The notes under the pieces are model-generated. The model saw only the letters and a program-made list of their open reading frames with translations. It did not search any database and was not told the origin of the DNA. Below, piece after piece: positions 19,201-33,139 of a stretch of DNA of 64,000 bases. The translations under genes and the position numbers were made by a program. Source of the DNA: Balanoglossus misakiensis (lineage: Eukaryota > Animalia > Hemichordata); contig CM082582.2 of the NCBI GenBank assembly GCA_040954595.2, positions 7,566,063 through 7,630,062 of the forward strand, written 5' to 3'. Each line of letters opens with the position of its first letter. The first letter of the stretch is position 1.

Positions 19201-22200
19201 AAACAGAAAACTTATTTTGAGGTCCTCGTTAGTGTATTCAGCTTATTATATTAGCAAGCAGGTAATCATAACAAACACAAATATAATTGTACAGTATTAA
19301 TGGCATACTTGCACTTTGTTACTGTTTATATTATGACTTACTCTGTTATTCTATTGCTAGATGACAGGACAGTGAGAGACAGTGAAAGGAAGGCTGCTTT
19401 GACTCATTTTGGTACAGATCAGGTAAATATAAGGATACCTATTGATGTCAATTTTGACTATGGCAAAAATGTGATGTGTTTTATGCACAGATGTACAGCC
19501 AGCCATGCCATTTCTTTTAGTTGTGGATTTTTTATTCTTCTTTGGGTTATCAAAAATTATATGAAAAGATATGTTTTTGTCTCCAAGGCAACAGATTTGA
19601 CGGAGCACCCACCATTAGAACCAGCCGAAGAGAGGGTTCCAAACCCCAGAGCTGAGTATGTGAAAAAAATGGGTAAAAAATCAACAGGTAAGTACAGGTG
19701 ATATAATTATGTATACTACAATCCACTACATGCTGGTTCATTGTATAACTTAAACAAGCAGTTTGATTTTAAATTCTTCTTTGGAGTGCAGCCGGGAAAT
19801 TGACATGTCTGGTTTTTGATCTTCCAGCATTAGATGACGATGACTGTGAAGTCCTCGATCTGATATCCAGGACCTCTGGTGACCTAGGTCAACCTAGACA
19901 GGTCACGGGGTCGTACGCTAAGCTACCGGCAGCAGATGAACATTCAGCAGAAGGTGGGTCGACTCATCATCTCAGCACTCTGCTTCATTCAATAACTGTG
20001 CTGCTAGGACAATTTTACAAAAATTGAGATTTATGGAAACAAGATCAGTGAGATGCCTGCATTAATTGATAATTACTTTTACTCCTATCTGTTGCTATAG
20101 AAATGAGAAGAATGGACAGAGCTGAGATGTTGAAAGATGAGGTCATGAGGGATGACGACCTACCAAGTACAAAGTTTCCACCGTCGCCGTTGAAATCAGC
20201 ACAGAGAAATAATGAAAATACACCGATCAAAAACGGCAGTGGTGTTACTCAATCCAGACAAGTATATTCAAGCCCTGGTAAAATATATTTTTGTCATTTG
20301 CAAGATCCAGAGTGGTTTTCTGAAATTTGTCAGAATCAGTAAACATTTCTAATTGCTACGAGCTAGAGAATTAAAATAATTATATGTATAACATTTTCAG
20401 CTTACCTGAACCAGGTTATATTGTCATCATTTTAGACCAATGAATCATCATGACCACTGATGGTGCTATCTATCCTTGGTATTAAACTTAATAATTGACC
20501 CGCTGTTGTTTTTAAAATAATCTCAATCTGTATGTTTCCTTAACCAGAATATAGTCCTGTTAAGTATGTCATTTGCATGAACATCAATAACATACTAATT
20601 TCCAGATTCCCATCTCTATGTTAAATTAACTGCCATTGTGCAATTTAGATTGGTGTTATGTTGCTTGCTTTGCTGTACAGTCCACAAACAGTAAAATAAT
20701 GCCTCAACTTTACAAAAATCTTGTTCATACACATATATTTTCCCATTTCTGTCTGCTTGCTGTGCTGTGCTTGGTTCTGTGTGCATTAACCTTAGAAATG
20801 TCAATGCTGTAGCTTTACACACAAGTCCGACTTTTGCATACCATAGAATGACACTGCCTCTGCTCAAACCAAGTCTTTGCCGCTAAGTTCAAGTGAGGTC
20901 TGGGATTTGGTTTTGATAGGATAAAATAAAAATATGAGAAAGTCATTCAAATAAAATATTATTCCACCTTCTACTTTATCGGAGAATACACTGACTTGTT
21001 AAGGGCCTAGGGGTAGTTTCGAAATTTGGTACACTGTCTACTTCGAAACAGTCAGCTGTGAGCCTCCCCATATGTGTGTGTTTGTGTGTTTGTCACCTGT
21101 CTACTCTTGTCTACATGTGTGCATTTACAGAGGCCAGTCGCCCGCACCCAACACGGAACAAACCCCCACCCAGACTGACAGCAGCAAGCGGCATCATACC
21201 AATCATAACAATGACACCACCCTCCCCTACTGACCCCTCCCCACCCACAGGAAAGAGTCTCTTTGCCGGTCACCAGTCGCACCGGGAGAAAATGAGAGTG
21301 CAATTTGCCGACGAAGTCCAGCAGATCAGAAAAGAAGCTGACACAAATTTAAGATTTCGAGACGAAAGTAAGGCCTACACAGCCTATTCATCTAAAGCTA
21401 ACTTCACACCGGCACCAAGGGTTTTTAAAGGTGTGTAACTCTGCTATCGTCATTAGCGTAGTGTATCTTGTAATGGTGGTGGGATATCCCTCATAAACTG
21501 CTCAATGTCTCTCTGTGTCTTCCATTTCATAGTTAATCAATTTTTAATATTTTATTCTCTCCAAATTCACAGCCCACAGCTCAGTTCATATATGTATTAA
21601 TGATATTGGTGCTGAACAACAGTGTGTCCTAAAACATCATTTTTTAGAAAAATCTTTGCATCAGCTTGAAAATGTTTGGAAATTCATGTAACAGTCATAT
21701 GTGCTGGCACATATAATGTGAATAATTTTCTTCCAACAATCAAGCCTCAGTAATGTAGAAAGCTTGAATTTCTTGTCACAGAACCTGACGAGATTGATGC
21801 CGCCCAACAAACCCGCAAGCCTGTGGAACCTCCAGCAGCTCCAACCAGTACTGTACCGTCTAGTGGGTCACATGATAAAGCACTTGACCAATTAGAAAAG
21901 AGGCTTGACAAGTCGGAACCGGTCAGAAGAGCTGTGGTGAGTTTGCTGTGTGACCGTAGAATATTGCAGTGTTAGTTTGTTTGTGAGACTTTTACTAATC
22001 TATGGGTTGTGCATAAAATTGCAAATATCTACTCATACTGGCCAACTTTTGAGACACTGTCATAATGAAATAATACTTTTTTGGAATTTGGTGTAAGACA
22101 ATACTAGAGTGACAGTCAAAAAGTACCATTATTATTATCATTACTTTTTTCAGACGCCACCAAACAGAGACATCCCCGAGCCAGTGCAATCTCACCCGAT

Positions 22201-23862
22201 TCCAAGCAAACCACCGTCAGATACGAACAGCGACAGTGGTGTCATTGATGCTGACACCCCTGTACAGAAGGTGTTCCTGGATAAATTCCTGACACTGGTC
22301 GACAGGTACTGGAACGGGTCGAGGTCGCTGCACAAGAATGCTAAATTTCTCAGTAAGTTTCAAATCACCAACATACATATGATTTTCTTCCCAATACAAG
22401 CAATTGCAAAGGTCTACTCAAGCAGGCCAACTTTTGAGGTACTGGTACTTCTAAGTTGTATGAAATATCAAGATTCTATGAGCAGGACTGTAGGGCTGTA
22501 ATGAAATAAAGACCCCAATTTTTTTTAAGGAGGGTGAATTTTTTTACAGACATCATTTCCTGTTTTGATTTATTGAATCTGTTTTTATATCACAGACCAA
22601 GCCAAGACGGTGATTTCAAACTACGTAGCAGACCTGAGTTCATCGAGTCAGAGCGACATGGACCAGCTTCAAGCCGACCTGGCTCACTTCGCCCAAGAAA
22701 ACGTCACCTTGCGCGGCAGGCTGTCGCATCAGTCATCCGCTGATCAGAGCAAGGAATTTGAATTGAAGTCCACCCTAGATGAAGCTCAGAGAGACGTGGT
22801 AAGCTGAAGATCATGTTGTCTGGGTTTTTTTAACCCTTTCACCACCATGGTTTGGTCCAAATCCATTGCTTTCTATGATAGCGTTGGATCTCTACAGAGA
22901 TATAGCTACATGATTTTTTATATGCTTTCGAAAGTAGCCTAGTTGGCCAGCCATGACCAATATTTCAAGGTTTCTTGTTGTGTTTCATGTCCTTGCAGGC
23001 TGTGCTGAGATCCAGGTTACATCAAGCCCTGGATGAAAACCAGAAGATAAAGAATCAAATCTCAAACATGTCATCCATGGCCCAGAGCACTACCAGTACA
23101 GTTGACAGCAGACAACTAGGTAAGTGAAGTACTGATAAGTGGTGTTTGTGGTAAGTTTAATTATACTTCAACTTAGTCTCAATTGGCTGTGCACATACTT
23201 AGCAAGATTCTATTTTTACCCCTACCCCTAAGTCCCTAACCCTATTTTTTTAGGCACCTGTGGGTACAAGTTATCACTGGTGTTGGCTAAATACAATTAT
23301 TGTTCAGTACAGTCCTATGCAGGTGATTTTTCATTCCTCATGTTTTCTGTTGCAGATGATTTGTCCAGGGAGAATGAAAAATTGAGATTTGATATTGAGA
23401 AATATAACGTGCAGTTGAAACATCACTCACAGTTACAGGAACTGGCAAATATGCTACAGGAGAGTCACAAGTAAGTAAACCTGTCTTTGTGGTGTGAAAT
23501 GAATTCATTTTTCCACGTGCTTGCAGTTTTGCATGAAAGATGTGAGGCAAGTTCACCATCCCCCCTTTTTTGAGCCCATCACACCTGAAACACATATTTG
23601 TCACATATATGGTATATATGTTGGCCAAGTACAATTAACGCCTGTCTCCTTGACCTTTCACAGGTCTCTGGTGACCACGAATGATCATTTGCTGAAAGAG
23701 CTGGACGACACCAGAAAACGACACGCACACGAAGTGCAGCAGTTGCACCTGTCGTACAGCGAACTCAAGAAAACCATGGACTGGGCACCGGGGCGTGGTA
23801 ACTACGGCAACAAAAATGGCAGCCAGGGCGGTGGCTACGAGAGGTACAACGACATTGAGTGA
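16220..23862 (+). CDS. CEP72: Centrosomal protein CEP72 / LRRC36-family protein, ~713 aa
   Basis: Exons 16220-16283, 18462-18627, 18896-19050, 19361-19422, 19588-19687, 19828-19953, 20101-20277, 21131-21430, 21782-21936, 22154-22352, 22596-22798, 22999-23119, 23356-23470, 23664-23862. N-terminal LRR (SLTLPGTYHEKI, LDLSRN, LNLYYN, LDLRLNPV..EPDYRLF) and C-terminal MLQESHKSLVTTNDHLLKEL. Confidence 0.9.
18628..18895 (+). other. U12-type (minor spliceosome) GT-AG intron in CEP72
   Basis: 5' splice site GTATCCTT. Branch-point-like TTCCCTCAAC at ~18874-18883, about 12 nt before the AG. Splicing restores LNLYYN. Confidence 0.85.
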
Positions 23863-24393
23863 AAAGGGGGGCAATACTGGAAATTGCATGCACAATGTAC
23901 TCTTTTTACGACATCAAATAACTTTGTAGGATTTCCACACCCAATGTGATCAGTGATAGCAAAAAGGAAATTTGAATTTTGAGACATATCTACAGATTGC
24001 ATGTGGACTGTAGAGTTGGATAAACAGAAACCAAAGAGTATTAATAACTTCATTTCTAAATGATAAAGGGTTACAGATTCCAAATGGTTTACTTCTGTCT
24101 TCCAAAAGATTTTTAATAATTGGCTAATGAGAAATTAATTAGAGGTGCTTCTATTTGACTTTTAAATTATATGATAAGCAGGTGGGATGCTTTGGAGCGA
24201 GCAGTTGAATTTTATGCCCATTTTTATAAATATCGAATTTAAATGAAATTATATTGAAGTGGTGAATGTATTATATGATGTCATTGCCAAGTTCACATAA
24301 CAGTCTTCCACATATACAAATTTTGAGATTTGATTCGACCACATCAGCGCACGATTCCCCAACAATGTAGAAACCCCTGCTTTCTTTACATGA

Positions 24394-24464
24394 CAGTGCC
24401 CTCTAGTGGCAATAGTACGGTGACCCTGAACAATGTACTATGTTAAGGTTATCGCCATAGCAAC
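24394..24464. promoter_or_regulatory. Strong CTCF-like motif next to an RFX X-box-like motif
   Basis: The minus strand of 24394-24411 reads TGCCACTAGAGGGCACTG; ATCGCCATAGCAAC lies at 24451-24464. Confidence 0.55.
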
Positions 24465-25701
24465 TGTCATACACTCAACAACACAATGGCTTCTGAAATT
24501 CCCTGTGAGAGGCCTCCTAATATCATTCAGCTGTGAAAAACAGTGCTGGATGAATGGGAATTAACGATCACAAATGGCTTCCAGCCAGCTGCATGCATTC
24601 TTGATGTGAAGGGAATATTTTGTCATGTATTTCTGTTGGTTTGATTAAATGCAGTGTTTTGCATTTAATCCTAACTGTTCCATTATTTGGCACAATTTTT
24701 TTTAATTCTGAATTGTCAAGGTCTGGAGATCGAAACTCAAAGGTCATGGAAGGGATATCATACCACTGTGCAGTGGCAGTTTTCAAATCAAAATATACTA
24801 GTCAAAAGAAGCCTAGCTAATACTTCATAGGTTAAATAAGCAAATACCCAGTGTGGTATTCAGGTGTGACCTTTGAACTCTGTGATTGTGATCTTACAAT
24901 TATGCTACTCCCAGTGGTTTAACCCACCTTTGCTGGCCATTCAGTAAACCCCAAACAATGCCTTTGTATTCTTGAAGGAATTGCTTCACCATAATCGCCT
25001 CCATACTTAATCGCAGGCCTTTCTGAAGAAACCAAAACCTCCTCAGATTTGACACTTATTTTCTGTAAACTTCACACAATATACTGTTTACCAGCTGACT
25101 TACGAACAAATGTGTATGCAGTTGTAGTAATTGTACCCCCTGTACATCATTATTTTACCTCAATTATGATTATGAAAATGTTTTCTGTTCTATAACAATT
25201 TTTTTCTTTCATGGAAAATGTTGGATGGCACATAGATTTTCATTGAGATAAAATTTCCAGGCACAATATTGCAGAGATATACTGTAACCGTAAAATATTT
25301 GTTTTATTTCTCATCACAAAAATCATTTGAGATGAAAAAGGCAGTTTGACAGTTACCCAAGTCAGAGCTGTGTATACAACTTGTCCAGACTTGCTTGCGA
25401 ACAGCTGATTTTGGGGAACCATCTCTCAAAATTGAGGCAGGAGTTGAATTAACTTGTTTTATAGCAAAACATCACCATCGCCTGATTTGGCAATGCACCA
25501 CAGCAGACATTCGTTGCCATGGTGCAGACACAACATTTGGTAACTGTGTTTAAATTGATTGCTTTTAATAGCGATCATATATTACCCCAGAACATAGTCA
25601 ATTTCTAAATTGCATGTAAGTGGAGAAAAACTAATTGAATACTTTATAGGAACTCTGAAACCTTGTCTCATTCAAAAATCAAATTTTGCACGAAACTGTG
25701 G

Positions 25702-25944
25702 CATTGAAACTTGGGTTCAATGACACCAGTTCAGGTCAAGTTCCATGTCTGTATTTGACCTTGAGTTACCTTTAGCGTTTTAAAATCACCAAGTTTAGCT
25801 TTTTTTAAATCAGCAATTTTTTTCTTCACCACTACGGTTTTCCTTTATCATTGAAAACTTTAGGTTCAATGACATCGCTTAGAGGGGTCAAGATTGATGT
25901 CTATGCGTGACCTTGAGTTGACCTTTTTGCTTTTCAAAAACACC
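25702..25944. repeat. Two diverged direct copies (~90 bp) of a palindrome-containing unit
   Basis: CATTGAAA..GGTTCAATGACA..GGTCAAG..ATGTCT..TGACCTTGAGTT occurs at ~25702-25790 and ~25849-25944. Confidence 0.7.
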
Positions 25945-28362
25945 TTCAGGCTGTTTGAGGGTTACACGAGTAGGATTAAAGTGCAGCGCTGAAATATTCA
26001 TGAGAGTTACCGGTACATAAAAAAATGCCTTTCAAATGTCCTGTTAGTTGCTACTATTGGCGCTTGAGTACTGTGTGTGTGCATGGGTCACCAGCCGCAT
26101 TATGGGTTATATACACGGGTCAACTCTGTTTGTGGGATTGCTGAGCGATACGCTTCTATACCGACAAAAGACTCTCGCTGTTTCGTGCTTACAAGAAATG
26201 ACTAGTTCACGACCTTTGAAACGCAGCTGAATAATAGGTAGCATTTCTAGTTTTTTTTTGGCCAAGCATACGTAGCTGTGCCTGCAAAAAAGTGGACACA
26301 CCCATACTATAAACGCCTCACGACCAGCAACAACAGTAAGGCATTTATGTTAGGTGATATCTCGAGTGGAAAGCTATAAATTCAGGAGGTGCAGTGGAAA
26401 CACCCGTTGTTTTATTGCTACTTGCTGTTTGAAACCTTGCTGGGAATTTCTACACTGACATCAAGGTGCTTTGAACTAATTTGGTTGTATTAAATTCCCT
26501 TGGTATTTTCCTTCATTATACTGTGTACCTTGTGTCTCATCAATGCCCTGTCATATTTGTTTAGCATGTTTGTCGCAGTGAAAATTACACACCTGTCAGG
26601 TGTTGAATTGTGTGTTATTTTCTTTAGTTATTATTTGAAATGTTGCAAGGAGATTAAGGTATGCATTTTGATGCAGTTTTTCTCATGTACATCCAAGTTT
26701 GGTGTTTCAAATGCAATTCTGGTTGCAGGCAGCGGGGTACGTACCACCTCCCATCATGATGTAAATACAAATCGAAGCTCATAATTCTTTAGTCTTACAG
26801 TATCTGCCTCGCTATGGCAACCGTCCTCCAGTGCCCCCGAGCCATTCCTGTGTCTCATGGTAAATTAATTCGTAATTAAATGAATCGTCCATGCAAGCTC
26901 TAATTTGGCACTAGTTCTGTCAGGTGCTTCATCAAATGTTTAATATCAGCCCAGTGTAGAAACCAAACAAATTGTGTAGTGATTAAGCTTTTTTTAATTA
27001 TTGTGACGAATGCCACCTGGAACCTCACACTACAGATCTGATCATACCATGGGCATTATGAAAGAACTTCAAGAAGTCCGGCCTACCTTATACAACTCCC
27101 AACAGCATGTGTATCCAGATAATCTTTACTTACAATGTGTTTGAACTAGAGAAGTTTTAGTGCGTGGTCATGTTTCAATTTACCCGGTAACACACTGCAT
27201 GTTTGTTTGTTTTTCTCTCATATTTAAGTACATTGTTTGTTGTGTAATGTTTTTTTTTGTCCATCCCAATATTTTGTTTGACAGTTTTCCCTAATTTTGT
27301 CATTTTAATTAATTATAAGAAATTCCATTGTTTGTGATTTGTGCTCTTAATTTATTGAAATAAACCACTATTTATCTAAGAATAATTTTTGCAGTACAAA
27401 TCATTCCTATCATATTACCTGCCTACTAGTATATCAATCACACACAGTATTGCGTTCGTTTCTTCAATTCAATCTGTCTCTAGGAGACTTTATTTGCAAT
27501 CTCATAAAAGGTACACTACAGTCACAGGTAAAAAACAAAACAATACAAGCACATGATCAGGAAAAACAGGGTGGTTCAGATACCACCAATTGGGTATTTG
27601 TGTCAAGCGACAAAACACGGAATGAAATCAAGCAATGGTACAAGGAATGCAGTCACATTCAGAAGACGCAAGCCCACAATCTGAGACACAGCCTGAACAT
27701 GCACACTCGAGAATTATTGCAAGTGTGCAGCCAGTCTGTGTTACTCTTTAATATGAGGACCCGTTGTCATGGCAGCATGGCTGTGATTTCGCTGCAGCCT
27801 GGTGAAACCGACTGCATCGACAACAGATGAAATCTGGCAAGTGCTTTTGTCGTGCCAGTTATTCCTCTGTGACTTGTAATCGCAGCAAAGTATGGCCCAC
27901 AGTTGCCAACGAGTCCTTTGGTCTATCATGTTAAACAGTTAGGGCATAACAGCAAGCTAGACAACATAAACTAAGACACATAAACATAAACACCAACAAA
28001 AACAAAACAAAATCTACTGTGCCAACATATAAACACAGACACTGCAAAAGCACTGAAAAGGACGGTGGATGATATCAGATCTTTAAAAAGGCAATATACT
28101 TTGGTTGTGAATCTTAATATACATATCAAGTCTAATACAAAAGAAGAAACCAGTCATATTTTTAAAATCACATTTTCACCAGTGCAGTACTAAATGGTAA
28201 AAGGGGGGACTTGTGTGTCCATTCAGAAGATCATCATTTTAATACACGGTGTCAATAATTAATCACAAAGGTGTTTAAGGCATGAGATTGATTTTGGATA
28301 AAATTCTGATACAGATCTGATGAATGAACACTCTCGCCGGTCGTACACTTGTGTTTTTGAAT

Positions 28363-29695
28363 TTACTTGTGGGCCTCGTCGTACTTTCCCTCTCCTTTAT
28401 AAGCGCCCACATAACCGGATGATTCCACTTTGTCCTTCCGGCCCTCCATTCCTTTGCCTTTGCCGGATTCGTCGAACCTCTCCTTGTGCGAGCCGGTGTA
28501 CTTGCTGGCGTCGGTCAACCTGTCCGTGCCGCCCACCTTCAGAGCTTTCTGTAAGGGGTGGGGGGGAAAAGTGTTGAGGTGATGATTACGCTCATCGCAA
28601 TTGCAGGTATAAACTGGTCATTTATAGCAAGTAATTACAGCCACATCACATCGCTTCATATAGCACATCAAATAACACCATGTCAACCATGAGCAAAGAA
28701 CCCCACATAACATGACAGTATCATATTGCGAATAGTATCACATTATGTCATGTCATGTCAAGTCACATCACATTATAGCACCCATCAAACTGCAACACCT
28801 TACCACAGGTACTGTTGAAGTCAGGTGCATTGTGTAGAGTACTAAGCACAACACACCAAACAGTCTGCGATAAACCAAAGTAAACACTGCATCGCTTCAC
28901 AGCACATTCTCCCACAATACTCACTGTTGCTCCTGAAGTTGCAGGTCCCCCACCGCCGGTCACTTTTTCCGTGACCTTGCATACATTGTCATCGTTGTCA
29001 CTGCCATATTTGGCCTTTGCAGCCTGCTTGACCGCCTGCTCAAACTGTGGAAACGTCAGCGTTCGCCCACCCTTGGTCCTGTTTGGGTGCAGAGTTGGGA
29101 AATAGAGATGGCGTTAAACCCACTTGTTGCTATGACTGGACCGCGGAAACACGGTTTGACAGCCATGGCAATGGTGTGTGTTACTGTTTATATAGCAACT
29201 GAAATCCATCATTAAGCTGTGTCACCATTGATGATCCATATATTTATCGATCAGTGATTTCATTTCCTTTTGGATACTTTGGATATATACAGTATCTTGG
29301 TAATTGAGAGGAATGCAACATATGCCCATATATGGTTAAAAGGGTGTGTCTGAAATCTATTTGTGACCATGCTGCGTATACATTGCCTAGCAACAATGTA
29401 ATGCAGAGAAATTATAGTGTTGTCAGCTGACCCCAACCCCGTGAATATAAGTGCATGCATTCAGTCGTATTTGGAGTTCAAATCTGACCACTGCTCTTTA
29501 CTATTCATTTGTTTGCTACACTTACTTGCACCTGGTGAAGATCATGTCCACCTCGGTTGTGTTGAGTTTCTTGTCAATCAGACCCTTGTCTTTGCACAGC
29601 TTGGACCAGTTCTTGTTGTCCAACTCGCTGGCTCCTTTGGCCCCCTTGCCGAAGCTGCAGTACTCCTTGAAGACGTCTTGCAAGCACTTACTCAT
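28363..29695 (-). CDS. TPPP: Tubulin polymerization-promoting protein (TPPP/p25-alpha), canonical paralog A, ~169 aa
   Basis: Exons 29695-29526, 29078-28925, 28548-28363. Motifs [41 protein letters not shown] and SGYVGAYK. A probable non-coding first exon has its donor near 31383. Confidence 0.95.
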
Positions 29696-32600
29696 GATGA
29701 TTTTTTTGTTCTCTCAGAAAACCTTGACAAAGAGAGAGAAAAGAACCGTGCTGTGAAATCTTATTTTGTGATATTCCAGGTTGAATTCAAGGCTTCTATT
29801 TGAATATTAATATTGTGGTTAACATATATGCAAAAGTGGAAAAAAATTCAAAATATTATCTTATACCTCGAAAATATGAGACAGTCATGGACCCCGAAAA
29901 TTGTGTGATGCACACTGGGAATTAAGATTGTCTGGGGGCATCATACGAAAACATATATCATCAATACTATGGCCCCCGAGCTATGACCACACTGGGGTTT
30001 AAAATGGGGATTATGGCTTTCAATTTTACCGATTTTCATTGGACAAAATGATCTGCCAAAGATGAATATACATTTGCTTTGACCTTGTTATTATCGACCT
30101 CAGAAATTTCTTAAACTGTTTACGTCTCGTGAATTACTTTGAGGTGCCATACAGTTTCCATGGCAATCCATTCCGCGAGCGTACAGTGACCTCGAATGAA
30201 CCCTATTCAGTGAGACGCCGTCAGGGGGCGCGGTCATTCGACAAGGCTATACGCATTGTCTGCTTCTGCGTGTTTCTATTCATACGAGCATTGATTATTC
30301 GCTCGTTTTCGTATATGCGAAAACAAGTCCTTGCCTAGAAGGCCCCAATTTGATGGGCGAGGCACACTTTTGCATTGTTGTATCGGAAGGTGTAAACATT
30401 TACCAGCGGTCAACGGTGTAAATTGCACAGCCCCTATGTACCAGTGAATGTTTTACACGTACGCGACCGTTTTTAAATAATTAATCTTTCACGAAACGAC
30501 GTTGACGTTTTAGAAAAAAAAACTAATGATGCAATCAAAAACGCGTCCAGCTCGTAATAAGCGTGCATGTTTGATCAAAGGAAACGCCGATTAAATATGT
30601 GATAGTAAAAATAAGCGCGCTTGTTGCCATCGCGTCTGTGATGCTATAAATGTTGGGTCTTTGTGATTGCTTTCGGTATCTACGCAACCAGTGATGTTTA
30701 AATCCTGAGAAAAAATTCCCCAGTGCAATTTCAGAGGGATTTTTTTTCCGACCGTGTCAGATATACATCAGTAGATTTTTTTAAAGAAACAAAATAAAAC
30801 GAATCTACATTTACTGACAACCACTGGCCAGTCGGTGCCCTGGTCATGCAAACGGTATGAGTCATAGGCAGTCAAAAATAAACAGCTTCATCTCAGCTGA
30901 GTGTGGCAATGTAAACACACGAATCAATGGTGTAACACAGCCTTGGGCATGAAGTGCATAGATATTTGCCGTACTTCAACGGAAATGATATATGAAATCA
31001 TGTTCGCTTTTAATTTTAGACCCTGCAACGGAAACTAACGCCTCTTCGTATATATCACTGCCAGACTTCCTCATGAAGTCATAGTGTACTATGATAGTAC
31101 ATACCGACTCCGTTAAATATGGATGATTATATCTATACGTAAGCCTAGTTTTCCAAAACGAGTGTCAGATTCAAGACTTCAAAGGATTGCGCCGACTCGA
31201 TCGAAGAAAGCAGTAATTTGTGATGACTTGAGGATTTGAGGCAAAATCTAAAATCGTGATCGTCCCACACAGGAACGTTGTTGTATATTTCAGAAAGCGG
31301 GTTAAGTCATTTGACAGTTCAGAAGCCACCAACAGACGGATGTCAATAATGAGAGAGATAAAAAAAAAACACGACAGGCCTACCTTGATCAACAACCTCA
31401 GAGACCGCAACTATGCCAGTGACACAGATATATGCCCAGGACGCTGGTTTTTACCGGCTGAGTATGCAAAGTCCACCAGTCACAGTAATAATAGCAACTG
31501 CACTTTCGAACTGAATTAATTATGACACTCATAAATATTCAGAGCGGCGTCCAATGACAGTGGAGTGGCTATGATACTCACGAAATAATGTGACCAATAG
31601 CGTAACGCTGGTGGAGTGACGTAGGGCAGCGATAACCTTATTTATAGCAGTACCACAATCATATACTTATACAATTCATAAGTAGCTTTGCCAACCCGAG
31701 CGCTACTATAATTAGTATTCACAAACTCAGAAACAGAAGATTCCATTATACATTATGTATAATAGTGTTGCTATTGTGCTACAAATCTGATATTCCCGTT
31801 ATTATATGAATTAAACAAAATTTAATAAATAACTTAACCCAGTTTAGCCTAGTTTCTTATAGTACATTATACATATATTCTTATTGACAAAATACATATA
31901 AGCGTTCAGAGAATCTGAGAGATTAGTACCTCGACAGGTGTACAGACAGGACCAGTCCCCACTTATCAGCCTTACATAACACAATGTACAGTATTATTTA
32001 TTTAGCCTCTCGTTGAGTCTGTCTGCGGTGTCCGGATCAGTCGATATTTCACCAGAATGGTGTAAGAGGTCAGGACTTGTGCAAATGCCTGAGCTGTACA
32101 CTAATCACTGGGGATAAAGTGTGAAGCCGTGTCGGAATGCCCGTTTGTCTTGTGAGTTGACGTGTGCACAGGCTACTATGTATGTTGTACAAGTGTGTTG
32201 ATCATTTGCCCTATACACTCCTTATATTAAAGCGGGTGGGTTCTTAAGTTTTTTTGTTACTGTTTGTTTATTTAGTACGTTACGTCAATACTAACTTTGC
32301 GAAAAGAATCATGACCAAAGATGGAAATGCGAACATGAAAGCAATGGACCAGAACGCCACGCACACAGTGGCATTTATTCCAGTGTTGTTAGTCTCGGAG
32401 TCCGCAGTAAAATGAATAAGTTAGTACTAATGTAGAAGTGATGCAGACCTATCACATGATACAGCCCTTTGCTACCCGCAAACTTTTCCCTAGCTGAACA
32501 AACATATTTTCCGGCGGAACTATACTCATCCCTAATTATGGATCAATAGAAACGTGGACTTTGATTTTTTTCTGTCAAAATTCAATGACTAGGTCAGTGC

Positions 32601-32922
32601 ATCCGCGATCGTGCGAATACCAAAAGTTTTCCGGGTCCAAAACAGATACTTGCACGTCATGAAAAAAAAGTCTTTTCCTTGGCCGGAAGTACTACCAACG
32701 GGGAGTAAAAACAGACGTGTTCGACATTCTGCCTGTGATGGCGCAATTTAGCGAAGTCACACAGATTGACACTGATGCCATATGTTGAACAACTTTATTA
32801 ATCTTCTGAACACGCTTCTATTTCTCATTTTCATCTTTTGGAAACATTAGTTATATGAAACAAGATAATTAAATAATCACTAAGTCACTGCTTGCTACAG
32901 ACGAAGGACATTGCGGCGTAAC

Positions 32923-33050
32923 AAATCTGACTACAATGTAAGAATAGCTAATTTAAAAAAAAAATCCAACTACAACATGCGAATAGCTAATTTTATATAA
33001 AATCTGACTACAACAAAAGAATTGCTAATTTTGATGAATTTCTGACTTCA
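32923..33050. repeat. Short tandem repeat, ~3.5 copies of ~38 bp, in the 3' region of TPPP paralog B
   Basis: AAATCTGACTACAA....GAATAGCTAATTT is repeated with divergence. Confidence 0.7.
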
Positions 33051-33139
33051 TAGACTACACAAAGTCAATATCTCTACTGTTGGCAATAATAGATCAGTAT
33101 ACACTTTCTTCATCTCAGATTTAATCACCGCCGACGTCT

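Noticed and set aside
20535-20570. Perfect U12 branch-point word TTCCTTAAC and a possible 16-nt microexon in a CEP72 intron
   Set aside because: The intron's donor is U2-type, the flanking exons join in frame without it, and a 16-nt exon alone would frameshift.
26729-26800. Exon-like segment 26729-26760 joining to 26801
   Set aside because: It would require a 40-nt intron, shorter than any supported intron in this window.
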